Source: a virus. From it: DNA of 64,000 nt. The position numbers were made by a program, and so were the translations under genes. The notes beneath the pieces are model-generated. The model was given only the letters and a program-made list of their open reading frames with translations. It was not told the origin of the DNA and ran no database searches. The stretch covers positions 32,095 to 96,094 of IMG/VR virus record IMGVR_UViG_3300047157_000174; one strand, given 5' to 3'. Every line of letters starts with the position of its first letter. The first letter of the stretch is position 1. Below, piece by piece: positions 1-11,349 of the stretch.

Positions 1-1
1 T

Positions 2-928
2 ATGTGTAAGTGTAATGTTAGAACCCGATACAAACTTAATATCTTGATTACCTGAACCTGCACCACTTTCTGTTAATCTTAACATTATATCGCCCGAATC
101 ATGGCCTATGAGTGTAGAAGTATCTACAAAAGAGGTAGCATATTCATTTTGTGTATTTGTATCAGTGTTAGCAATATAAGCAGGTATTCCGAAAGTTCCG
201 TCATGTTTTAAGAAATGCCCCGCCGTTCCCGCCGAAGGAACTAGACCGTTATTTCCTGTGGAAATAGCAGAAGAATATGCTACATCAGCAGTTCTCGCCA
301 AAGTTCCTGTCGTAGATGGAAGAGTAATAGTAGCAGAACCTTTTGTTAATGTTCCATCAGGATTAATTCTAGTAGTTTCAGCACCACCATTTATTGCAGA
401 AAAGCCTCTAGAAGTTTGTACATTTCCTGTTAGCCATTGTACATCTCTATTAGTAGCATTATTTGCAGAACCCGCAGTGTATTTAATCAAAGCAATTGGT
501 ATATCTCCATCCTTCAATTCTGCTACTGTTTCAGTAGTAGTGTTAGCCTTGCCTGTTACTGCCCCTTCCCTGAAATACAAGTTGTTTAACGTTTCACCGC
601 TTTCTGTACCGTCTGCAATTACAATTAAACCGTACCAATTTTTAGATGCGTTTGCTGTACTTGTTGTTGTGATATTTTTATATGGTACGGACACAACAAG
701 ACCATTTCTAATTGCTGTTAAAGCATCACTACCATTGTTTGTTTTTTCAACTTCATAAGCAGTATAACTACTACTAGTACCCTGAGTAAGAACAGCAGTA
801 CTGATTAATCTATTTTGACCCATAGCAGTATTAAGAGTTTTAATTATACCAGTATGTATTGCATCTGTTCCATCTACTAATTGTGTTGTAGCGCCTAATC
901 TACTGATAAATCCTGTATTGTCAACCAT
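2..928 (-). CDS. Putative tail fibre / receptor-binding protein, runs off the window edge
   Basis: Not in the ORF track. Manual translation from ATG at 928 (MVDNTGFISRLGATTQLVDGTDAIHTG...) stays open to the window edge. G/T/S/A-rich, with an ITLPSTTGTLA fibre-like motif, and last gene of the tail operon. Confidence 0.7.
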   Translation of the reverse strand, partial: MVDNTGFISRLGATTQLVDGTDAIHTGIIKTLNTAMGQNRLISTAVLTQGTSSSYTAYEVEKTNNGSDALTAIRNGLVVSVPYKNITTTSTANASKNWYGLIVIADGTESGETLNNLYFREGAVTGKANTTTETVAELKDGDIPIALIKYTAGSANNATNRDVQWLTGNVQTSRGFSAINGGAETTRINPDGTLTKGSATITLPSTTGTLARTADVAYSSAISTGNNGLVPSAGTAGHFLKHDGTFGIPAYIANTDTNTQNEYATSFVDTSTLIGHDSGDIMLRLTESGAGSGNQDIKFVSGSNITLTH

Positions 929-1290
929 TATTTCAACTCCACTCTAATTGTAAAAGACACCGTATCAGATGCCGCGACTACGCCTGTGCTAGTGAATGTT
1001 ACTCTTGTTAACATTGCGCCCGCATTAGAACCACTTCCTGTACCGTCATGGAATATACCTAATTCACTAACTCCCGAAGTTGGTATTTGAGAACCTAAGA
1101 AATCTACATTCCAAATTAAAGTAGAACCAACTCTAGTCGGAGTTACATTAGTAGCGTGTGTATAAACAACATGGTCTAAATTAAGTTGTGATGGAGAAGT
1201 GCTATCCGAACCATCACCTATCTTAATAACCGTATATTTAGACATAATATAATTCGCCATTATTTCTTCTTTACCTGTATTCACTATCAT
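928..1290 (-). CDS. Baseplate / fibre-attachment protein
   Basis: IKIGDG...SELGIF...RVTF pattern typical of tail-fibre collar/attachment domains; sits between the hub and fibre genes. Confidence 0.55.
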   Translation of the reverse strand: MIVNTGKEEIMANYIMSKYTVIKIGDGSDSTSPSQLNLDHVVYTHATNVTPTRVGSTLIWNVDFLGSQIPTSGVSELGIFHDGTGSGSNAGAMLTRVTFTSTGVVAASDTVSFTIRVELK

Positions 1291-1292
1291 AC

Positions 1293-4200
1293 TTATACAT
1301 CCTTTTCACTCTTGTAGGTTTTTAATGTTGTTGACCCTGCCCCGAATCCTAACAACGTATCGAAACCTAATGCACTATCAAAACCTAAATTAGCACTAGA
1401 CCTAGTTATTTTATATTCTATTGTGCCGTTTTGTATTGTAAACGAATCAAATACACTCTTTCCTACAACACTTTGTACTGAGTTTTTACCGAATAAAGTA
1501 AATGAACTGCTTGTTTGTTTACTGGAAAGTTCTCCCAATCTTTCAGCAATTGTTTTATTAAAAGTTCCAACGGTAATAGTTGATACTCCATCCAAGATAT
1601 TTTCAATTTCAAAGACTTGATAATCATTAATTGGTATGTCGTGATTCGGGAAATCTAAAGTTAAAATATCTCCCGCCTCTAATAATTCTAATCCTTCTTT
1701 TTGTATTTTTAATTTTATTTTTCTTATATCTGCATTGTGTATTTCTAACAATTGTGTTGCTTTTATTTTCGCATCTGATAATGATTTAATTGAAGAATCT
1801 ACATGACGAATAGTTCTAGTCCTTTTAGTAGTAGGTATTTCTGATTCTGCTTTGACACCATCACCAACTACAATTATTTTATTTGCTTTATCCAATAAAG
1901 ATTTATTACTTTCTACTGAAATTAAATTATGTCCCGATTTATAACTAATAGAAAATCTCCTAAGACTGTGAACATCTTCTACGTTCTTCGCTATTATTTC
2001 ACCATTAGATATTTTATAATCTAATCCTCTTTTACTAGCCAAATGATTAATTGCAGTGAATGAATCTACGTCTTCAAATTGTGCATCTGAAATAAATATT
2101 TTATTATTACGTTTAATTAATTCGTCATACGAAGAAGGACTAAAAACAATATTATCAAATGTTATAGTAGTATTGCTAACGACAGTAACCTTACCTACTA
2201 AATAACCTTCTTGAGTGTAAATAACATCATTTACATCAACTCCAATCGGTTTATTTACACAAGTTATTACATTACCATTAACTGAATCTACTAAATTAGT
2301 CGTATATTCTTTAAGACTTTGTTCATAATTCATATCTAAACCGGATTCTTTTGCTATCTCTTCAATAGCATTATTTATTTTAGAACTAATATTTACTATT
2401 GTACCCATAAAACATTTTTTAGGTTTTATGTTTATTTTTTTAGGAACGGTTATAGTATTTATCTTACCAAAAGAAACACAACCATTTCCTGTTATAGTGC
2501 CATCGTATTCAAATTTAAGTGAAGTGTTAGTTTTAGTAACAGACAAAGATTTCTTTTGTTCATTTATACCATCACTAATAAAACAATCAATCTCTTCTCC
2601 ATCGGTAAACATACCCATGTTAGTAAATAGCCTTCTTTCTAAATATGTATTAGTCGTATCTATTTCTAATAGCATTTGCATAGAATACACACCTTCCGAA
2701 TCAGTAGATTTAGTCCCCTCAGTACCTCCTGTTTTAAAGTCGGCAAATACCTTATCATGTTGTAAGCCTGAGTCATCCATTACATTAATTTCAAAGAAAT
2801 CAGGTGTTTCATCAAATGTGGTTTCTGATATTCTCATTAATCTATATGTACCCACAACACTCAAATCTTTATCAAAAGTAATTGTATGTTGCCATTTGTT
2901 ACTAACTACTTTTTTCGTATGGCTAATTATTTTACCAATATATGATGGAGTACCTCTTGCAGTTATATTTGGCCCAACTATATATTGTCCTGTTAAATCT
3001 ACCATATAGTGTAACCAATGATGTGTAGAACTACTATCCATAGTTCTAGTAATCACATTAGGAGAACTACTATAATCACCCGACACAATATTAAATCGTG
3101 GTTTAATTAACATCTGAGCAGCAAATATTTTTCCATGCTCATCATCATTAGAAACCTCATTATGTATAGTATCGGCATCATTATCTCCACTTATTTTATT
3201 TATATTTAGAAATTTATTCGCATTAATTAAAGGGTAGTTTTCTGTTTTCATTCCTATAAATGAGGCGGGTAAATGTCTTTGCCCACCTAAATTATATCCT
3301 TTTCTGACTAAAAGGTTTTTAGAATGTTGATTCTGAGAATTTGTGGATAAATCAATATTTGTGTTATTATAATCATTATCTATGGTAAGTAAAGAACTAG
3401 AATCAAAATCATATAAATTACTTGCATCTTTACTAGTTATATTTTTAATATTTCTAAATACAGCAACACAATTATCATAGATAGTTTTAGACGGAAAATC
3501 AGCATAATAATGTGGAGTTACAATTCCATTACTATTACCCAATAAAGGTGAGGATAAACCCGACAAAACTGCTGAACGATGATACAGGCTTCCGTTAGCA
3601 CCGCCCTCTACCGAGCCAGTAGGCGCACCCATTATGCCGTAATGTACTCCCGATTTAACAAATGCCTTAGTATTAGAAGTACCATCATTAGTAAATGTTT
3701 TAGATATAATTGGTAAAAATACATTATGAACATCATAACCAAAATTACTACCATTTTTTAGAGCATTGTAAGCAAAATACTGTTCTCCTCTATGTGTTAA
3801 TGCTAAATTAGGTAAAGCAAAATATGCAAGAGTAAAATTAACACCCTCACTACTGTATGTAGCAGCATCACCAACACTATACAAGTAATCATCCGAAGAC
3901 AATAATAATGGCGATTGAGGTCTATTTGTATTGTTCCAAATAACCCCACTTTCTTTATCTGAAAACCTACTTAACTGTGTAATAGGAACTTTAGATATTT
4001 CATCCCTATTTTTTAACGAATCTGAATCTATTGGATTAAAATGCCAGTCAAATGTTGATTCAACCAATCTAATAATACCCCATCTTCTCAAATCTTTAGT
4101 ATTTGTTATTGCTGATTCAGTTATAGAAGAGGTATCATAATCTTTGTCTTGAATAGATACTGAACTAGTTTTACCTTGATAATTACTATGTGATATTTGG

Positions 4201-7200
4201 TCTGTATTAGTTCCGATACCTTCCCACAACATTCCATAATTAACAACTTGATTTGATTTTCCATTATATGAAATATGATTGTAACGTAAATACGAATCAG
4301 GAAATAAATCACCCGCTACAAAAAATTCATACGTTCTAGTCCTGTAATCTTTCTGAACAAATAACTCAACTTTATCATCGAAAGTATTATTCAATACACT
4401 AGCATTAAATCTTGTATCTGTTGAAAGAGCATTCATTTCCCAATAGTTACTAGTTGCACTATTAGATTGACCGTCTGTAACCATAACATTTGAAGTTCTT
4501 ATTGTGTTGGTTGTGCCTGTTTCTGTAAAGTTTTGAATCAAATTATTATTAGTTACAATTGATGTGTCCTTATCCATTCCTTCAAATGTAATATTATGTG
4601 CTAAAGTATATCCACTTATTTTACTAGGTTTTTTACCATCCAAATATATACTATCAGAATCATTAAAATTAATTGTTCCAGAATTAAAGGATTGTAAATC
4701 AATATATCTAAAAATATCATTTGATGTGTAAAAATTATTAAACGTATTATCTAGTTTATGTATATAGCCACCTCTAGGTAAATTAGTATTTAATAAATAT
4801 ATACTAGCAGATTTAGTGTGATTAGAATTAATTCTAGTATCGGAAGAATTTTCATCTATTAACCCTAAAGAAACTGGAAAAATAGGACTAACGTTTATAC
4901 TAGTTTTATTTGTTTCCGATTCAATTATATCTACAACAGACATATAATTAGAACTTTGAATCATTTTTATTGCTTTATTAACATATATTTCATTTTCTTC
5001 TGCTAGTTGAAATAAAAATTTAGAATCAAATTCACTAATTGAATTGATACTATGTAAATCATAACCCATTTTATCTTCTGTTTGGAGTAAAGTATTCTTA
5101 CTAATGTCTTCTAATTCTAAAGATTGATTAAAAGAAAATCCTTGTTCTATTCCTATTCCTTTTTCAGAAGCCCCTTCTAAAGTAGTTGGTCTCAATGACA
5201 TTAATTTATTAGATGACATGGCTTTGTTGAGAGATAAATAATTACCTGTTGTAAATGGATTATAATAGTAATATGTTGTTCCATTACTTATAGAAATATA
5301 TGAATTATCTAATAATGTTATTGTGCTAGTTCCTGATGAATGGGTTATATTATCAACTTCTCCTATCAAAACTTTGTTTGTGTTAAACAATAAAGTATAT
5401 TTTGTAAATAAACTAGTCTTATCACCGCTTACGGTAACAGTCGTGTTTGTAGTATTGCTATTAATACTAGTAGCAATTTCATCTATCGTTCCGGTAACTT
5501 GAGTTAATGTTAAATTAGGATTTAATGAAGATTTGATAATATCTGAAGAAAAATTAAGATTTTTATTAACAGTAGTAGTCAACAATTTAGCAACATCATC
5601 CCTTCCCGAAACTGTATAAGTCATCATCCCATTTTCATTTTTAGATTCTATATCTTCCACATTACCGTTGAATATTTCTTCATTTAATGTAAAACTACCA
5701 TTGTAATAATACATTCTAGAAATGGGTGTCTTCTGATAATACTGTTTCGTTGATTCTAAAACTGTCAAATATTTATGTGTCTTATCTCCATAATTCACTC
5801 TTAAATCATGTCCTCGTCTATTAGTTATTGACAATCTAGAATTGTATAGTTTTGTATTCTCCACTTCTATTGTTCTATCCTCTAGGGTTAATCTATCGCT
5901 TTGGTCGTGTCTTACTGTTGTATCTGCTGCGAACTCAACATTTAGTTTATTGTTAGAATAAGGAACTATGTAACAATCAGCACTAGTAAAAGTATGAACA
6001 GTAGCACCACCAACAAAAACATTACTGTTTACAGTTTTTCTAGCATCTATTGTAAAAGTTTGAGTTGTTAATGTATAATTTCTAGCAGCAACCGACTCTA
6101 CAACATAATGATAACCGTCTATTTCTAAGATAGTATTATCTGATAGTATTGAAGAATAATCATATTCTCCGGTTAAACCATTTATAGTAATAGTATTAGA
6201 ACTAGAACTTACTTTGTGTTCAATTTTTTTAAGTTTCATACTATCCGAGAATAAACCATTTCTAACTACCATTTTAGAATCTTCTGTAACTTTCAAATGT
6301 TGAGTACCGCTATTATCTAAAGTAGTAACAGTAGCAATTTTACTCATTTTATTTTTAGGATTATTTACTATTGTATCTAATGTTGTAGGTATTTTATCAT
6401 TCTTTAAGGAAGCAGTTTCAAATGTTATATATTTCATAGCACCGTTTAAATTTTCACTTTCAGTCCAAACATTACCCGAAAAAGAATGTGCATCGGTAGA
6501 ACTTCTTTTCATTAAAGGGAACGCTTTATTCCAATACAATGGGTCGAAACTACTATCATCTTCATCATCTATTAATGTATTATCAACTAATACGGCATCC
6601 ATCAATCCTCGACCCTTATTTTGTATGGTATTGTCATATTTTTTTTCTGTTTTGAAAACTACATTTTGTATTGTATGTCCTATTTTTAAGTCGGCATCTG
6701 TTGAGGCCGATATTGCTATTCTAGCAAAGTCTAACCTAGCATTATACACCCTACTTTCAATTGCTCCACCGTCATCTCCTAAAGATTCTATGTTACCAAT
6801 ATATGTTCCGCTTGAATTAAACAATGACATTCCTTCTGTCAACTTATCCCAATTTGCTTTTTTAGCCGTAGAAAATTGAATTTGTCTCCCACCTCCACCA
6901 ATTGCATAAACATCATGTTCATTAATTACACTAGTAGAAATTGTAGATAAAGTAGTTTCCCAAATTCTATTAGATGTTACAGTGTATTTTTCATTGTAAT
7001 CTAATTGGTCTTTTTCTTCTAATCTATCATTATAAAAATAAAATGTAGGAGTATTTACATTACATATTTTATCATATTTATTTGTTGTAGCAGAAGTATC
7101 TCCTCTAAGACCGTATGATACTGCTACTAAATCTGTATCTGTTTTTGCTGCACCCTTGTATATTTCAAACTTAGTTCCTTTCGGTATTTCACCATTATAT

Positions 7201-7748
7201 TTAGGACTGAACTCTACACCATCACCAAACTCATCAAAGGAAACTATTCTAGTTATTTTAGCAAAATGTGCGTTAACAGAATCAACCCCCATTCCATTTT
7301 TAGTATCTACAATATCATGGTTTAAAATTATAAAATAATCATAATCTTCTATATCAAAACCTACTCTATTAGGAGGGAAATTTAAACTAGAATGATAAGT
7401 TGCCCGAAGGTTAGTAGCAACATTACTAACAGTTTCATCATCAAAATTAGAATCATATATTTTCACTTTGAAAGAAGGGGTAGTTTCTTTGTTTGTAGTT
7501 CCAACTATTTTTGTTTGAACTGTTCCATCTTTTCTAGGTGATTTTCTTATTTCAGTAAATATAGTTGAGGCAACTGGATTCGTGGAATCGGATTCTTCTT
7601 GTAATCCGGCAGTATATAATGTAGGATTTACTGAAACATTTTTGAATGCTTTAGCCTTTGCATTAGTTCCATTTCTATCAGTATAAGTAGCAGTAACATC
7701 AGATTCACTTACACCCGTATTCAAAGGAAATAACATTCGACCTGACAT
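1293..7748 (-). CDS. Large baseplate hub / tail-tip protein (2151 aa)
   Basis: Hub-like segments (IFNGNVEDIE...YTVSGRD; ANKIIVVGDG; LEAGDILTL...YQVFEIE) flank a long insertion; downstream of tape measure. Confidence 0.6.
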   Translation of the reverse strand: MSGRMLFPLNTGVSESDVTATYTDRNGTNAKAKAFKNVSVNPTLYTAGLQEESDSTNPVASTIFTEIRKSPRKDGTVQTKIVGTTNKETTPSFKVKIYDSNFDDETVSNVATNLRATYHSSLNFPPNRVGFDIEDYDYFIILNHDIVDTKNGMGVDSVNAHFAKITRIVSFDEFGDGVEFSPKYNGEIPKGTKFEIYKGAAKTDTDLVAVSYGLRGDTSATTNKYDKICNVNTPTFYFYNDRLEEKDQLDYNEKYTVTSNRIWETTLSTISTSVINEHDVYAIGGGGRQIQFSTAKKANWDKLTEGMSLFNSSGTYIGNIESLGDDGGAIESRVYNARLDFARIAISASTDADLKIGHTIQNVVFKTEKKYDNTIQNKGRGLMDAVLVDNTLIDDEDDSSFDPLYWNKAFPLMKRSSTDAHSFSGNVWTESENLNGAMKYITFETASLKNDKIPTTLDTIVNNPKNKMSKIATVTTLDNSGTQHLKVTEDSKMVVRNGLFSDSMKLKKIEHKVSSSSNTITINGLTGEYDYSSILSDNTILEIDGYHYVVESVAARNYTLTTQTFTIDARKTVNSNVFVGGATVHTFTSADCYIVPYSNNKLNVEFAADTTVRHDQSDRLTLEDRTIEVENTKLYNSRLSITNRRGHDLRVNYGDKTHKYLTVLESTKQYYQKTPISRMYYYNGSFTLNEEIFNGNVEDIESKNENGMMTYTVSGRDDVAKLLTTTVNKNLNFSSDIIKSSLNPNLTLTQVTGTIDEIATSINSNTTNTTVTVSGDKTSLFTKYTLLFNTNKVLIGEVDNITHSSGTSTITLLDNSYISISNGTTYYYYNPFTTGNYLSLNKAMSSNKLMSLRPTTLEGASEKGIGIEQGFSFNQSLELEDISKNTLLQTEDKMGYDLHSINSISEFDSKFLFQLAEENEIYVNKAIKMIQSSNYMSVVDIIESETNKTSINVSPIFPVSLGLIDENSSDTRINSNHTKSASIYLLNTNLPRGGYIHKLDNTFNNFYTSNDIFRYIDLQSFNSGTINFNDSDSIYLDGKKPSKISGYTLAHNITFEGMDKDTSIVTNNNLIQNFTETGTTNTIRTSNVMVTDGQSNSATSNYWEMNALSTDTRFNASVLNNTFDDKVELFVQKDYRTRTYEFFVAGDLFPDSYLRYNHISYNGKSNQVVNYGMLWEGIGTNTDQISHSNYQGKTSSVSIQDKDYDTSSITESAITNTKDLRRWGIIRLVESTFDWHFNPIDSDSLKNRDEISKVPITQLSRFSDKESGVIWNNTNRPQSPLLLSSDDYLYSVGDAATYSSEGVNFTLAYFALPNLALTHRGEQYFAYNALKNGSNFGYDVHNVFLPIISKTFTNDGTSNTKAFVKSGVHYGIMGAPTGSVEGGANGSLYHRSAVLSGLSSPLLGNSNGIVTPHYYADFPSKTIYDNCVAVFRNIKNITSKDASNLYDFDSSSLLTIDNDYNNTNIDLSTNSQNQHSKNLLVRKGYNLGGQRHLPASFIGMKTENYPLINANKFLNINKISGDNDADTIHNEVSNDDEHGKIFAAQMLIKPRFNIVSGDYSSSPNVITRTMDSSSTHHWLHYMVDLTGQYIVGPNITARGTPSYIGKIISHTKKVVSNKWQHTITFDKDLSVVGTYRLMRISETTFDETPDFFEINVMDDSGLQHDKVFADFKTGGTEGTKSTDSEGVYSMQMLLEIDTTNTYLERRLFTNMGMFTDGEEIDCFISDGINEQKKSLSVTKTNTSLKFEYDGTITGNGCVSFGKINTITVPKKINIKPKKCFMGTIVNISSKINNAIEEIAKESGLDMNYEQSLKEYTTNLVDSVNGNVITCVNKPIGVDVNDVIYTQEGYLVGKVTVVSNTTITFDNIVFSPSSYDELIKRNNKIFISDAQFEDVDSFTAINHLASKRGLDYKISNGEIIAKNVEDVHSLRRFSISYKSGHNLISVESNKSLLDKANKIIVVGDGVKAESEIPTTKRTRTIRHVDSSIKSLSDAKIKATQLLEIHNADIRKIKLKIQKEGLELLEAGDILTLDFPNHDIPINDYQVFEIENILDGVSTITVGTFNKTIAERLGELSSKQTSSSFTLFGKNSVQSVVGKSVFDSFTIQNGTIEYKITRSSANLGFDSALGFDTLLGFGAGSTTLKTYKSEKDV

Positions 7749-8858
7749 TTACTCACCAAATGTATAATAAAATAAAATGTTACTGTAACTAGGCGTTAAA
7801 GTATTGATTGTCAAACTTGGTTCTTTTCCTTTGTGCATTGAGATTTCAAAAAGTTCTCCCATAAATTGTTCACTAGTAAGAGTCCCTTTACCTATCCTAG
7901 ATTCACCATTATTAGTAGTTGAATCAAACTCAAAAGTAGGAACTGAAAGAGTTTGAGTTTTAATAGATTGATTGTTAACATACAATTCTATTTGTCCGTT
8001 TTTCCTATACGAACAAGAAACCTTGTAAACTTCTTCTAAATACAATGCTTCTCTAGGTTGTGAAACATACACATCTCCTGTAATTGTGGAAGATTGAGAT
8101 AGAGATAATGTAGCAGTAGTAGCATTTTTACTAATAACTTTGCCTAAACTAACTCCACCACTACTAAATATTTCACTACCACCATTACTATGTGTTCCTA
8201 ATTTTCTCATTATTGCTGTTTTTTCAGCAGATGTACCGCTAGTAAAACTAAGTTGTGTTCCTGTAATACTAGCAACAGAAGTTAATTTAGTTAAACTAGT
8301 GTTATGTTTTTCATAATAACCATTAGAATCATAATAACCGTGTAAAGTATTAACAGCAGTAATAATAGGATTATCGCTAGAAATAGTAGTAGTTAAACCC
8401 GAAGTGTTTGTAAAATCAACACATAATTTATATTCAGCAGGTTGGTTATAATTAGTAGTTGTAGTATTCTGCAAATAAAACTTAAACTTATTATTGTAAA
8501 ACAGCATCATTTTATGAGATAGCCTATTAGTAACGTGGTTTGTATAATCTCCTGTTCCAAAGTATCTAGAACTTTGATATAAGTTAAAATTGGAGGGCGA
8601 ATTATCTGTCGGTGTGGGTGGAGTTCTAGTGGAAGTTATTGTATCTTCTCTAATACTTATATCATCTTCTTGAAATCTCCCGTTTCCATTAACGTCATAT
8701 GGCGTTATTATTGCTTCAATGGTAAAACTATCAGTATGATTCCAAAAGTTGCCTTTAGAAGCGGCTGTGCCTACTGTATCGGCATCTAATTTTAAATAGC
8801 CATCACACATAACAGGAAATACTAATGCTTTAGAATCTCCAATATATACGTTAGCCAT
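7749..8858 (-). CDS. Tail-tip protein with LamG/concanavalin-like fold
   Basis: SFTIEAII, IELYVNN and RIG...FMGELFEI motifs typical of LamG domains; tail operon context. Confidence 0.55.
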   Translation of the reverse strand: MANVYIGDSKALVFPVMCDGYLKLDADTVGTAASKGNFWNHTDSFTIEAIITPYDVNGNGRFQEDDISIREDTITSTRTPPTPTDNSPSNFNLYQSSRYFGTGDYTNHVTNRLSHKMMLFYNNKFKFYLQNTTTTNYNQPAEYKLCVDFTNTSGLTTTISSDNPIITAVNTLHGYYDSNGYYEKHNTSLTKLTSVASITGTQLSFTSGTSAEKTAIMRKLGTHSNGGSEIFSSGGVSLGKVISKNATTATLSLSQSSTITGDVYVSQPREALYLEEVYKVSCSYRKNGQIELYVNNQSIKTQTLSVPTFEFDSTTNNGESRIGKGTLTSEQFMGELFEISMHKGKEPSLTINTLTPSYSNILFYYTFGE

Positions 8859-8869
8859 TTTTCTTCACC

Positions 8870-9568
8870 TCAATCAAAGAAATTATCGCCTATCACTTTT
8901 GCTTCTTCAAAATTTAAACTAAACCCAACTTTAGGAAATTCGGAAGCAACTATGTTTGTTGTAAATGAACGCATAAATCCTGTAATTCCTGTATGATTAT
9001 TACTTTTACTAGCATCGTCAAAAATTTTGGATTGACTATCCATTGTATTTCCTGTACCAAAAGCAAATGAATTATCATAAGCCCTGTTTTTAAAAGTAAA
9101 CGGTATAATCGGCAAGTCTTCTATTGGAGTATTTTCTGTTACATTAGTTCTATAATCAAATTCATTATTAACTCTACTAGGATAAAAGAATAATATTTTA
9201 CTAATATTTTGGTCGTCTTGTAACGCACTAGAATCCGCATATGAATGTATTAATTGTGCTATTTCAAATGAAGTCATAACCACGTTTTTTACACTTCCTG
9301 TCCCTGTTGTTTTCTTGATAGTTTGTTCAGTTAAAACTCCTTGAATATCTATTGTCTTAGATGCAAGCCCCATGTCAAAAGCAATATTCAAAGATTCGCC
9401 CCTAACCGCACCCGAAAGAGGAATTGGAATATTAGGTACAGTTTTATTAGTAGCAATATTAATAGTTTCAACGTGTAAGGCTATTCTATTAGTGATAGCA
9501 TCACTACCAACTTCATTTCTTCTAGACAATTCTAACATTACCATATTGTTCGCATCTTTAGCACTCAA
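8870..9568 (-). CDS. Distal tail (Dit-like) protein
   Basis: Immediately after tape measure; TIDIQGVL and C-terminal FSLNFEEA beta-strand pattern; TTG start with GGTGA SD. Confidence 0.5.
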   Translation of the reverse strand: MSAKDANNMVMLELSRRNEVGSDAITNRIALHVETINIATNKTVPNIPIPLSGAVRGESLNIAFDMGLASKTIDIQGVLTEQTIKKTTGTGSVKNVVMTSFEIAQLIHSYADSSALQDDQNISKILFFYPSRVNNEFDYRTNVTENTPIEDLPIIPFTFKNRAYDNSFAFGTGNTMDSQSKIFDDASKSNNHTGITGFMRSFTTNIVASEFPKVGFSLNFEEAKVIGDNFFD

Positions 9569-11127
9569 AAGTTATTCACCCCACTACTTGTTCTACTCAT
9601 TCTTAGATTGATTTCTCTAGCAACCTTATTTGCTATATCTCTTATTTCTGCATCTGATGCACCAACTCTACCATTGACATGAACATTAATTGTATTTCCA
9701 CCCGAACTTGCTACCATTCTTTTACTATCTGCATTGGAATGTACTCTTGAACCTCTAGGTAAAGATACTAATTCAGCACCTCTTTCTCCTACTAATTGCA
9801 TATCAGAATTAACAACTCCACCTGCATGGAAACCAAGAACGTCTAAAGCCCTTCCACCCATATTAACAAATTCTTTAGCATTGGATAAAATTGCACCACC
9901 TATTGCTAGGGCAATCCATTGTCCTAGAGTCAATATCCAAGCACCTGATGTAAACCATACAACAGCAACTCCAATTAAACCTGCTACTAACATCACTTGT
10001 CCTATGGCTTTTAAAATACCGTTTAACGCTTCGAACGATTTTATACCATTTTCCTCTATATCTCTAACCGCATCGTATATCCCACCTAAAATTAATGACC
10101 CTAAAGCCGCTATTGCTGTTCCAAGTATTGTAACTGCCAACATTAAACTAACAACAACTGCACTAACCATTAATTGTATCAGTCCTTCTAACACCATAGC
10201 AAAATCTCCCGTAAACATTCCCATTAGTATTTTGCCTAAACCTTCAAAGGCAAATACTATCCAAGTACCAAACCAACTAAACCAATCTTGTATTATTTCT
10301 ATTTCGGTAAATATATATTTAAACATAGGTAAAGCAGTACGAAATATTAACATTAGCCCCGTAAAAACAAGCATTCCTATTAAGAGAGCCTTACCAAATG
10401 CTAACATTATAGGAAGTGTTGCCTTTAACCAAGGCCCGATTGCTTTGAAAAAATTACTAATTTTAATTTTCTTTTCCAATAAAAACTTTCTAAACTTATC
10501 TTTAGAGTCATCATCTGCATCCATACCATATATTTTCATTTGGTCTCTAAAGTTTTTTCTAAACTTGCTTGCTTTTTCAGACTGTATTTTTCGTAAGTTT
10601 AGTTCATCCATTTGTGGTTGGATAAAACCTTTAACTGCTTTCAAAACTTCTCTTCTGTCATCAATATTTTTCGGTTTCTTACCACCTAAAACATCTTCTT
10701 CAATTTTAGAAAATCCCGCTATCTTTTTACTAAGCGATACATACTGTGCTTTTGTTAAATTAAACTGACCTTTTTTAGCACCTGATTGATATACACTTTT
10801 AGCATCAAATAATTTTTTAACTCCACTTTTATCCATTATTCTTTCCATTTTTTCTAAATCTGCGTATGCGGCCATAGCCTCCGCGTGGTCTTTAGCGGCT
10901 TTTTCCTGTCGTTTGTAATATTGTTGAAAAATAACTGTTATGGCTCGCATTTTGTTTTGTACAGACCAAAAATTAGGAAAAATACCTGAAGACATTCGGC
11001 TAATAATACCCCATGTTGGAGACTTAGCGAGACTATCCATAGTGTCTTCAAACTTACCGGAAGTTCTTTCGAGTTCTTCCATAGCCTTTTGAATATTGTA
11101 AATATTATCAGCAGGGGTTTTAGCCAT
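9565..11127 (-). CDS. Tape measure protein
   Basis: Helical with hydrophobic stretches; C-terminal GFHAGG..VGERGAELV.LP.GS.V motif typical of TMPs; follows the tail chaperone. Confidence 0.8.
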   Translation of the reverse strand: MAKTPADNIYNIQKAMEELERTSGKFEDTMDSLAKSPTWGIISRMSSGIFPNFWSVQNKMRAITVIFQQYYKRQEKAAKDHAEAMAAYADLEKMERIMDKSGVKKLFDAKSVYQSGAKKGQFNLTKAQYVSLSKKIAGFSKIEEDVLGGKKPKNIDDRREVLKAVKGFIQPQMDELNLRKIQSEKASKFRKNFRDQMKIYGMDADDDSKDKFRKFLLEKKIKISNFFKAIGPWLKATLPIMLAFGKALLIGMLVFTGLMLIFRTALPMFKYIFTEIEIIQDWFSWFGTWIVFAFEGLGKILMGMFTGDFAMVLEGLIQLMVSAVVVSLMLAVTILGTAIAALGSLILGGIYDAVRDIEENGIKSFEALNGILKAIGQVMLVAGLIGVAVVWFTSGAWILTLGQWIALAIGGAILSNAKEFVNMGGRALDVLGFHAGGVVNSDMQLVGERGAELVSLPRGSRVHSNADSKRMVASSGGNTINVHVNGRVGASDAEIRDIANKVAREINLRMSRTSSGVNNF

Positions 11128-11131
11128 ATTA

Positions 11132-11349
11132 TCACTTCTTGTTCTGTATTTTTTGTATTTCTTCTTGTTCTATATCCTTTACTACTGATTCTATCAGTAA
11201 CATTCTTTTCATTAATTCTACGGGAGTTTCTAACGCATCCTTTGGGTTAATACTAAACGCTTTACAATAAGAGTAAAACAATATATCCAAAATTATTTTT
11301 GGATTTTTAACATTGCTTCCCTTTAAGACTCGTTTGTACTGTTTTCGTT
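11132..11349 (-). CDS. Tail assembly chaperone -1 frameshift extension (lambda gpGT-like)
   Basis: Open -1 frame of 72 codons (RKQYKRVLKGSNVKNPKIILDILFYSYCKAF...QNKK*) begins at slippery heptamer G GGA AAC (11347-11353). Confidence 0.75.
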